IMG/VR virus record: IMGVR_UViG_3300043803_001357
Span: 1-64,000 of that record
Origin: an uncultured virus (IMG/VR IMGVR_UViG_3300043803_001357)
Taxonomy: Duplodnaviria; Heunggongvirae; Uroviricota; Caudoviricetes
Direction: 5' to 3' (one strand)
Length of the DNA: 64,000 bases
The notes under the pieces are model-generated. The model was not told where the DNA came from, made no database searches, and saw only the letters and a program-made list of their open reading frames with translations. This document shows, in pieces, positions 40,002 to 48,050 of this stretch. The position numbers were made by a program, and so were the translations under genes. The stretch's first letter is position 1, and every line of letters begins with the position of its first letter.

Positions 40002-40571
40002 ATGGCAGCACCTGTATCACCACAATACCCTAAACAAAATCCAGCTTTTAAGCAATACTGGACATCTACACGTAAAGATGTGGGTATTTATAACAATAAT
40101 TATTCTCCCGGTAGATACTTTTCTCCAAGAGATATAAATTTTTTGGGAAGTGTTAATTCTGAATTAATCGGTGATATAATCGAATGCGTTGTACAAGTAT
40201 TTAAAATTGCAGCTTATGAAACCAATACCAATATCTACGGTGAAAGCAGTAGTGACAAGGGTAAGGTTTTTTACTCTGGTATAGACTTGAGTTGTTTGGT
40301 GCAACGTGAAGACATTAACACAGAAAATCAAGGATATGGACCTGATAGAAAACAAGATATTGTTTACAGATTTAGAGAACGTGATTGTATTACCACGAAC
40401 TATTTCCCAGAAATTGGCGATTTGGTGCTTTACAATGAACGTTATTATGAAATTGATAACGTAGTTCAAGAACAATTCTTGGGTGGTCATCCTGATAAGT
40501 CTTGGAGTTTGATTGTTAATACTCATTACACAAGACTAAGCAAAATTAACCTAGTAGAAAGACAAACATAA
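40002..40571 (+). CDS. Neck/head closure protein (T4 gp14-like)
   Basis: TNIYGES, PEIGDLV..YYEIDNV; position after the gp13-like gene. Confidence 0.65.
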   Translation: MAAPVSPQYPKQNPAFKQYWTSTRKDVGIYNNNYSPGRYFSPRDINFLGSVNSELIGDIIECVVQVFKIAAYETNTNIYGESSSDKGKVFYSGIDLSCLVQREDINTENQGYGPDRKQDIVYRFRERDCITTNYFPEIGDLVLYNERYYEIDNVVQEQFLGGHPDKSWSLIVNTHYTRLSKINLVERQT

Positions 40572-40574
40572 TTT

Positions 40575-41963
40575 ATGTCTTGGGGTCCAAATACTAATAC
40601 AAATCCGCCACCAAATCCTATTGAAAACGCATCTGCGCAATCAGATGTTAAAAAGTTCTATAATAGAGCCAACGCAACTCGTCGTGATACAGATAAACAA
40701 AAGAATTTTACTGTAACGTTATTGGACGTTGATACAGCTATTATCAACACATTAGATAGTACTTTAAGACTACAAGTAAACGATAATGGTGAAGTTGTCA
40801 AGGTGCCAATTATATATGGCAATCCAGAAAGATGGTTTGCTATGAAAAAGTTTGGTCATATCAGAGACAATCAAGGCAAAATATTGTTGCCAGCTGTTAT
40901 GATTCGTAGAAAAAGTGTAGAAAATAACAAAGATCTTGCAACATTTAATCGTTATTTGAGTTATGAAACCATAATGAATTATAGCGAGAAAAACAAATAT
41001 GACAGATTTGATTTGATGAACAAAGGTGCGTTTGCAAGCAAGCCAACCAAACAAATTTACAGTGTAAGTTTACCAGTTCAAGTAAATATTACATACGAAT
41101 GTATCATTTGGACTGATTATGTAGATCAAAACAATAAGCTGTTGGAACAAATCAATTATGCAGCTAAAGATTACTGGGGAGACGCAGAAAGATTTAAGTT
41201 CAGAGCCAGAATAGACAGTTATAGCATCGAACAAGAAATCAATGAAGGTGAAGATCGTAATATCAAAACATCATTTGATATAAATGTCAATGCATATTTG
41301 TTAAATGAAAATTACATAACAAATTTAGACGGGGTAAAAAATACCACTCAAAAGCTATTTACAGTAAGAAAAGTAATGTTGCAAGAAAATGCAATTGCTA
41401 GTGCAGGTGAAATGGAAAACATTTCAAACAATATTATTAAGAATAGCAACAATTTAAAAGATAGTCCATTGGATTACACAGATGTAACAGGTCAAGGTAC
41501 AATGGCACTAAACGTAAATAAAGTAACAAATTTAGACGGATATAATAAAATACAACCCAGTTTTGAAGGTGTTACCAAAACACCATTTCATCCAGCTCCA
41601 AAATCTATCACCGATTATGGAGAAAATGGTTGGTTAGCATATGATTCTAAATATATCTATGTTTATCAATATCCAGCGGGGTGGTTAAAAAGAGAAATTG
41701 CTACATTTGATTATGACTATAATAGTCAAACCTATATCAGTGGATACGATTGCAATGGCAATCCTATTTACACAACTGCAAATAAAAGACCAATAAATAC
41801 CGCTTTTAGAGTATTTCAAAGATTTCCTGACAAATTCTATCATCAAGTACCATATCAATCATCAGATTATGGTGAAGATGGTTGGGTAAGCTACGACGGT
41901 AATTATTTTTATATATACAGCGCAGGACAGTGGAGAAGAATACCAATTTCTCTATTTAATTAA
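40575..41963 (+). CDS. Tail terminator/sheath stabiliser (T4 gp15-like) with C-terminal extension
   Basis: VPIIYGNPERW, LPAVMIRR, PVQVNITY..IWT..NKLLEQI; duplicated DYGExGWxxYD module at the C-terminus. Confidence 0.7.
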   Translation: MSWGPNTNTNPPPNPIENASAQSDVKKFYNRANATRRDTDKQKNFTVTLLDVDTAIINTLDSTLRLQVNDNGEVVKVPIIYGNPERWFAMKKFGHIRDNQGKILLPAVMIRRKSVENNKDLATFNRYLSYETIMNYSEKNKYDRFDLMNKGAFASKPTKQIYSVSLPVQVNITYECIIWTDYVDQNNKLLEQINYAAKDYWGDAERFKFRARIDSYSIEQEINEGEDRNIKTSFDINVNAYLLNENYITNLDGVKNTTQKLFTVRKVMLQENAIASAGEMENISNNIIKNSNNLKDSPLDYTDVTGQGTMALNVNKVTNLDGYNKIQPSFEGVTKTPFHPAPKSITDYGENGWLAYDSKYIYVYQYPAGWLKREIATFDYDYNSQTYISGYDCNGNPIYTTANKRPINTAFRVFQRFPDKFYHQVPYQSSDYGEDGWVSYDGNYFYIYSAGQWRRIPISLFN

Positions 41964-42020
41964 ATATAATTAATATTTATGTTTTTAACACTTACACGGT
42001 GTTACTTAACCGTATCGTTA

Positions 42021-42027
42021 TATTTAT
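42021..42027 (+). promoter_or_regulatory. Representative TATTTAT putative late promoter element
   Basis: Same 7-mer lies 4-7 nt before the ATG of at least ten genes on both strands (see findings). Confidence 0.65.
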
Positions 42028-42032
42028 AAGAA

Positions 42033-45000
42033 ATGTCAACATTAAAGAAAGATCCATGCGAGGTTTCTCCAATAAAATTGGATAATGCTCTGTATGATTA
42101 TAAAAAATTAACAGCGACTTTTAAAGATCCTACCACAGAGCTGTTTCTTAAAATAATCGACGAATTACGTAAAATTATTTATTGTCGAACCAGTTCTCAG
42201 TTTTTCAACAATGTTGCTACTAAACAAATACCATGCGATCAAAAATCAAAAACTTGGGTATTTGATCATAATTTAAACTCAGATCTAGTATTAATTCAAA
42301 CATACGACGAGAATTTCAATCAATTAATACCAGAAACAATAGTACTCAATAATGATAATACCGCAACCATAACTTTTTCGTTTGATGCATGCGGATACAT
42401 CATAGGTGTAAGCGGTAATATCAGCACCAGTGGTACTTCAGGCACAGGCACCAGTGGTAGTAGTGGTAGTAGCGGAGAAAAAGGATCAGCTGGATCAAGC
42501 GGAACAAGCAATACAAGCGGCACAAGCGGTACAAGCACATCTTCAGGTACCAGTGGTAGTCAAGGCACAAGCGGTACAAATGGTGAGGGTGGTAGTAGCG
42601 GTCAAAGTGGCGATATAGGAACCAGTGGAACTAGTGGAGAAAATGGAAGCAGTGGTACAAGCGGTAGTAGTGGTTTATTAGATGGATCAAGCGGATCAAG
42701 TGGTACAAGTACTACAAGCGGTACAACCGGCACAAGTGGCACAAGAGGATCAAGCGGTAGATCAGGCACCAGTGGAAGCAGCGGAACAAGTGGTAGTAGC
42801 GGAACAAGTGGTACTAGTGGTACAAGTGGTACCAGTGGTACAAGTGGCACAAACGGTACTAGTGGTAGCAGTGGCACCAGTGGTACAAGCGGATCTAGTG
42901 GCACAAGTGGTACAAATGGATCAAGTGGTACAAGTGGTAGCAGCGGATCAAGTGGTACAAGTGGATCAAGTGGTACAAGTGGTACAAGCGGATCTAGTGG
43001 CACCAGTGGTACTAGTGGTACGAGTGGTACCAGTGGGTCAAGTGGATCGAGCGGATCTAGTGGCACAAGTGGCACATCTGGTATAAGTGGAAGCAGTGGT
43101 TCAAACGGCACAAGCGGCACAAATGGCACCAGTGGCACAAGTGGTACTAGTGGAACAAGTGGTACAAGTGGTACAAGCGGTACAAGTGGATCATCTGGTA
43201 ATAGTGGATCATCCGGTAGTAATGGGACAAATGGCACCAGTGGTACAAGCGGCACAAGTGGTACAAGCGGTACTAGTGGTACAAGCGGAACAAGTGGTAC
43301 AAGTGGTACAAGCGGTACAAGCGGTACTAGTGGATCAAGTGGATCAAGTGGGTCAAGTGGATCAAATGGTACAAACGGCACTAATGGTACAAATGGCACT
43401 AGTGGTACAAGCGGCACTAGCGGTACAAGTGGTACCAGTGGTACAAGTGGATCAAGTGGGTCAAGTGGGTCAAGTGGGTCAAGTGGATCAAGTGGATCTA
43501 ATGGAACAAATGGTACCAGTGGTACAAATGGTACCAGTGGTACTAGCGGAACAAGTGGTACAAGCGGTACTAGCGGATCAAGTGGTTCAAGTGGTTCAAG
43601 TGGGTTAAGTGGTTCAAGTGGTTCATCTGGTACTAGCGGATCGTCTGGCAGTAGCGGAACAAGTGGATCTAATGGCACAAACGGCACAAGTGGTACTAGC
43701 GGCACAAGTGGTACTAGCGGCACAAGTGGTACTAGCGGCACAAGTGGATCAAGTGGATCAAGTGGTACTAGTGGATCAAATGGTACAAGCGGATCTAACG
43801 GCACAAATGGCACAAGTGGATCAAATGGTACAAGTGGAACGAGTGGTACAAGCGGTACAAGTGGTAGTAGTGGAACAAGTGGTACAAGTGGTAGTAGTGG
43901 AACAAGTGGATCAAATGGCACAAGTGGTACTAGCGGATCAAACGGCACAAGTGGATCTAATGGCACAAGTGGTACTAGTGGTACAAGCGGTACTAGTGGT
44001 ACAAGCGGTACTAGTGGATCGAGTGGATCAAGTGGATCAAGTGGATTAAGCGGTTCAAGTGGATCATCTGGTACTAGCGGATCAAGTGGATCATCTGGTA
44101 CCAGCGGATCCAATGGAACGAATGGAACAAGTGGATCGTCCGGTACTAGCGGATCAAGTGGATCGTCTGGTACTAGCGGATCAAGTGGATCATCCGGTAC
44201 AAGTGGATCTAATGGAACAAGTGGTACTAGCGGATCTAACGGTACCAGTGGTAGCAGTGGCACAAGTGGTACAAGCGGATCAAGTGGTACTAGCGGTACA
44301 AGTGGATCAAGTGGATCAAGTGGTTCAAGTGGTTCAAGCGGATCAAGTGGCAGTAGTGGTACTAGTGGATCAAACGGTACTAGTGGTACAAGCGGTACAA
44401 ACGGTACTAGTGGTTCAAGTGGTTCAAGTGGATTAAGTGGATCAAGTGGATCATCTGGTACAAGCGGATCAAGCGGTAGTAGTGGATCATCTGGTACAAG
44501 CGGATCTAATGGTACAAGCGGTAGTAGTGGATCAAATGGTACCAGTGGCACAAGTGGCACAAGTGGTACAAGTGGATCTAATGGTACAAGCGGTAGTAGT
44601 GGCACAAGCGGTAGTAGTGGATCATCTGGAACAAGTGGATCTAATGGCACAAGCGGTACAAGTGGTAGCAGTGGATCTTCTGGTATAAGTGGTAGTAGTG
44701 GAACGAGTGGCACAAGCGGTAGTAGTGGAACAAGTGGTAGTAGTGGATCAAATGGCACAAGCGGATCAAATGGTACTAATGGTACTAACGGTACTAACGG
44801 TACAAGTGGTACATCTGGTAGTAGTGGAACAAGTGGTACTAGTGGAACAAGTGGATCATCTGGAACAAGCGGATCTAATGGTACAAGTGGAACAAGTGGG
44901 TCAAACGGTACAAGCGGTAGTAGTGGAACAAGCGGTACTAGTGGTACTAGTGGCACAAGTGGTACTAGTGGCACAAGTGGTACTAGTGGATCATCTGGTA

Positions 45001-48000
45001 TAAGTGGAACAAGCGGATCAAACGGCACAAGTGGTACAAGCGGATCAAACGGCACAAGTGGTACAAGCGGTACTAGTGGCACAAGTGGTACAAGCGGTAC
45101 TAGTGGCACAAGCGGTACAAGTGGTAGTAGTGGATCAAGTGGTACTAGTGGATCAAATGGCACAAGCGGCACAAGCGGCACTAGTGGTACTAGTGGTACG
45201 AGCGGATCTAATGGCACAAGCGGTACTAGTGGAACAAGTGGATCTAATGGCACAAGTGGTACAAGCGGCACAAGTGGTACAAGTGGGTCAAGTGGATCAA
45301 ATGGTACAAGTGGGTCAAGTGGATCAAGCGGTACAAGTGGGTCAAATGGATCAAGCGGTACAAGTGGATCTAATGGCACAAGTGGCACAAGTGGTAGTAG
45401 TGGATCTTCTGGTATAAGTGGCAGCAGTGGTACAAATGGAACAAGCGGCACCAGTGGCGTAAGTGAATCAAGTGGATCAAGTGGAAGCAGTGGTACTAGT
45501 GGCACAAGTGGATCCAACGGTACAAGTGGCAGTAGTGGTACAAGTGGTACAAGTGGTAGTAGTGGTACAAGTGGATCAAATGGAAGCAGTGGCACAAGTG
45601 GAAGCAGTGGTACTAGTGGCACAAGTGGATCTAACGGTACAAGTGGTACTAGTGGTACTAGTGGTACTAGTGGTACAAGCGGTACTAGTGGTAGTAGCGG
45701 ATCGTCTGGTATAAGTGGGTCAAGTGGATCAAGTGGCACAAGTGGTACAAGCGGATCGAACGGCACCAGTGGGTCAAGTGGATCAAGTGGATCAAGTGGC
45801 ACAAGCGGATCAAGTGGATCAAGTGGTACAAGCGGATCTAACGGTACAAGCGGATCTAACGGTACAAGTGGCACAAGTGGATCCAACGGTACAAGTGGTA
45901 GTAGCGGATCGTCTGGTATAAGTGGTAGCAGTGGAACAAACGGCACCAGTGGTACAAGTGGCACAAGTGGTATAAGCGGATCAAACGGTACAAGTGGTAG
46001 TAGCGGATCGTCTGGTACTAGCGGATCAAGTGGATCTAACGGTACAAGTGGTACAAATGGTACTAGTGGCACAAGCGGTACAAGTGGATCTAATGGTACC
46101 AGTGGTAGCAGTGGCACAAGTGGTACAAGCGGATCAAGTGGTACTAGTGGCACAAGCGGAACAAGTGGAACAAGCGGCAGTAATGGATCAAGTGGCACAA
46201 GTGGTATAAGTGGGTCAAATGGTACTAGTGGCACAAGCGGTACTAGTGGTAGTAGCGGATCGTCTGGTGTAAGTGGATCAAGTGGATCAAGTGGGTCAAG
46301 TGGGTCAAGTGGATCAAGTGGGTCAAGTGGATCAAGTGGTACAAGTGGATCAAGTGGGTCAAATGGTACTAGTGGCACAAGCGGAACAAGTGGATCAAGT
46401 GGGAGCAGTGGTACCAGTGGCACTAGTGGTACGAGTGGATCAAATGGTACCAGTGGAACGAGTGGAACAAGTGGTATAAGTGGGTCAAATGGTACAAATG
46501 GTACTAGTGGCACAAGTGGAACAAGTGGATCAAGTGGTAGCAGTGGTACTAATGGTACTAGTGGTACAAGTGGTATAAGCGGATCAAATGGCACCAGTGG
46601 AACAAGCGGAACAAGTGGTACCAGTGGTACTAGTGGTAGCAGTGGTACAAGCGGATTTAGTCGTGATAGTGGTAGCAGTGGTAATAGTGCCACAAGTGGT
46701 AGTAGTGGTACAAGTGGTAGTAGCGGTACAAGTGGAACAAGTGGTAGCAGTGGTCAAAACGGAACAAGCGGAACAAATGGAACGAGTGGCACTAGCGGAA
46801 CAAGTGGAACTAGTGGTAGCAGTGGTAGCAGTGGTATTAGTGGTAGCAGTGGTAGAAATGGAACCAGTGGTACAAGTGGCACAAGCGGAACAAGCGGAAC
46901 AAGTGGTACTAGTGGTAGCAGTGGTACAAGCGGATTTAGTCGTGATAGTGGTAGCAGCGGTAATAGTGCCACAAGTGGTAGTAGTGGTACAAGTGGTAGT
47001 AGCGGTACAAGTGGAACAAGTGGTAGCAGCGGTCAAAACGGAACAAGCGGTACTAGTGGCACAAGCGGAACCAGTGGTAGTAGTGGTAGTAGTGGTAGCA
47101 GTGGTACAAGTGGTACAAGTGGTACGAGTGGTCGAAATGGAACCAGTGGTACAAGTGGTACAAGCGGAACCAGTGGTACAAGTGGAAGTAGTGGTACAAG
47201 CGGATTTAGTCGTGATAGTGGTAGCAGCGGTAATAGTGCCACAAGTGGTAGTAGTGGTACAAGTGGTAGTAGTGGAACGAGCGGCACAAGTGGTAGTAGC
47301 GGTCAAAACGGAACAAGTGGAACAAACGGAACAAGTGGCACAAGTGGAACGAGCGGAACAAGTGGTAGCAGTGGCACAAGTGGTCGAAATGGAACCAGTG
47401 GAACAAGTGGTAGCAGTGGTACGAGTGGCACAAGCGGAACGAGTGGTAGTAGTGGTACTGTTGGTACAAGTGGAACAAGTGGTGTAAGTGCTGGTGGAGG
47501 TGCTAGTGCTAGTAGTGGAAGTAGTGGTATAAGTGGAACTAGTGGTAGCAGTGGTACGAGTGGCACTAGTGGTATTAGTGCTCCTAGTGGTACCAGTGGA
47601 ATTAGTGGTGGTAGTTTTACTGATCAGCCTAATTATTTGGTAAAAACTACTGGTCTTACTACGTTACAGAGTGTTAATTTTTTAAGTGTGGATGGTACTA
47701 CATTAACAGTTGTTGGAACTGTTAGTGCTACTACATTGATAGAAACGTCTAGTGAAAATACTAAAACGGATATTATGCCTTTATTGCCGCCGCAATTGGA
47801 CAAGATTGTGTTATTGAATCCGGTGACATTTAGGTATAAGAACAACAATGAATTTAGTATTGGTTTGATAGCTGAAGAGGTTGTGAAGATATATCCTGAA
47901 TTTGTTAGTTATGATGAGTTGGGTAATATATCTGGTATAAATTATAGTAAATTGACAGCTGTATTGATACAGGGTGTTAAAGAATTGAAGCAGATAGTTG

Positions 48001-48041
48001 ATGAACAACAAATAACAATAAATCGATTGATAAATAAATAA
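42033..48041 (+). CDS. Giant Gly-X-Y (G-T/S-S/N) repeat fibre protein with C-terminal intramolecular chaperone (peptidase S74-like)
   Basis: N-terminal TWVFDHNLN..YDENFNQLIP domain; ~1,730 aa of Gly-X-Y; C-terminal SSENTK..LNPVTFRYK..IGLIAEEV..INYSKLTAVLIQGVKEL. Confidence 0.85.
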   Translation: MSTLKKDPCEVSPIKLDNALYDYKKLTATFKDPTTELFLKIIDELRKIIYCRTSSQFFNNVATKQIPCDQKSKTWVFDHNLNSDLVLIQTYDENFNQLIPETIVLNNDNTATITFSFDACGYIIGVSGNISTSGTSGTGTSGSSGSSGEKGSAGSSGTSNTSGTSGTSTSSGTSGSQGTSGTNGEGGSSGQSGDIGTSGTSGENGSSGTSGSSGLLDGSSGSSGTSTTSGTTGTSGTRGSSGRSGTSGSSGTSGSSGTSGTSGTSGTSGTSGTNGTSGSSGTSGTSGSSGTSGTNGSSGTSGSSGSSGTSGSSGTSGTSGSSGTSGTSGTSGTSGSSGSSGSSGTSGTSGISGSSGSNGTSGTNGTSGTSGTSGTSGTSGTSGTSGSSGNSGSSGSNGTNGTSGTSGTSGTSGTSGTSGTSGTSGTSGTSGTSGSSGSSGSSGSNGTNGTNGTNGTSGTSGTSGTSGTSGTSGSSGSSGSSGSSGSSGSNGTNGTSGTNGTSGTSGTSGTSGTSGSSGSSGSSGLSGSSGSSGTSGSSGSSGTSGSNGTNGTSGTSGTSGTSGTSGTSGTSGSSGSSGTSGSNGTSGSNGTNGTSGSNGTSGTSGTSGTSGSSGTSGTSGSSGTSGSNGTSGTSGSNGTSGSNGTSGTSGTSGTSGTSGTSGSSGSSGSSGLSGSSGSSGTSGSSGSSGTSGSNGTNGTSGSSGTSGSSGSSGTSGSSGSSGTSGSNGTSGTSGSNGTSGSSGTSGTSGSSGTSGTSGSSGSSGSSGSSGSSGSSGTSGSNGTSGTSGTNGTSGSSGSSGLSGSSGSSGTSGSSGSSGSSGTSGSNGTSGSSGSNGTSGTSGTSGTSGSNGTSGSSGTSGSSGSSGTSGSNGTSGTSGSSGSSGISGSSGTSGTSGSSGTSGSSGSNGTSGSNGTNGTNGTNGTSGTSGSSGTSGTSGTSGSSGTSGSNGTSGTSGSNGTSGSSGTSGTSGTSGTSGTSGTSGTSGSSGISGTSGSNGTSGTSGSNGTSGTSGTSGTSGTSGTSGTSGTSGSSGSSGTSGSNGTSGTSGTSGTSGTSGSNGTSGTSGTSGSNGTSGTSGTSGTSGSSGSNGTSGSSGSSGTSGSNGSSGTSGSNGTSGTSGSSGSSGISGSSGTNGTSGTSGVSESSGSSGSSGTSGTSGSNGTSGSSGTSGTSGSSGTSGSNGSSGTSGSSGTSGTSGSNGTSGTSGTSGTSGTSGTSGSSGSSGISGSSGSSGTSGTSGSNGTSGSSGSSGSSGTSGSSGSSGTSGSNGTSGSNGTSGTSGSNGTSGSSGSSGISGSSGTNGTSGTSGTSGISGSNGTSGSSGSSGTSGSSGSNGTSGTNGTSGTSGTSGSNGTSGSSGTSGTSGSSGTSGTSGTSGTSGSNGSSGTSGISGSNGTSGTSGTSGSSGSSGVSGSSGSSGSSGSSGSSGSSGSSGTSGSSGSNGTSGTSGTSGSSGSSGTSGTSGTSGSNGTSGTSGTSGISGSNGTNGTSGTSGTSGSSGSSGTNGTSGTSGISGSNGTSGTSGTSGTSGTSGSSGTSGFSRDSGSSGNSATSGSSGTSGSSGTSGTSGSSGQNGTSGTNGTSGTSGTSGTSGSSGSSGISGSSGRNGTSGTSGTSGTSGTSGTSGSSGTSGFSRDSGSSGNSATSGSSGTSGSSGTSGTSGSSGQNGTSGTSGTSGTSGSSGSSGSSGTSGTSGTSGRNGTSGTSGTSGTSGTSGSSGTSGFSRDSGSSGNSATSGSSGTSGSSGTSGTSGSSGQNGTSGTNGTSGTSGTSGTSGSSGTSGRNGTSGTSGSSGTSGTSGTSGSSGTVGTSGTSGVSAGGGASASSGSSGISGTSGSSGTSGTSGISAPSGTSGISGGSFTDQPNYLVKTTGLTTLQSVNFLSVDGTTLTVVGTVSATTLIETSSENTKTDIMPLLPPQLDKIVLLNPVTFRYKNNNEFSIGLIAEEVVKIYPEFVSYDELGNISGINYSKLTAVLIQGVKELKQIVDEQQITINRLINK
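42423..47615 (+). repeat. Degenerate 9-bp tandem coding repeat (GGN-ACN/TCN/AGY-AGY/AAY)
   Basis: About 5.2 kb of ggtacaagt/ggatcaagt/ggtactagt-type units. Confidence 0.97.
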
Positions 48042-48050
48042 TTATATTAT

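Noticed and set aside
41980..42015. Alternative short hairpins (TAACAC/GTGTTA versus ACGGT/ACCGT) upstream of the fibre gene
   Set aside because: Stems of only 5-6 bp are too weak to call a switch without conservation data
43080..46600. Many N-G-T/S sequons as evidence for N-glycosylation
   Set aside because: They follow automatically from Asn at Y in G-(T/S)-Y triplets, and no HMW1C-like or OST enzyme is seen in the window
42602..46693. 1363-aa antisense ORF (PLVPLVPLDP...) and the alternative-frame VVQVVQ/TTCT ORFs across the repeat
   Set aside because: These are shadows of the 9-bp Gly-X-Y repeat, which lacks stops in those frames; only the plus-strand frame has unique N- and C-terminal domains and a promoter-like motif
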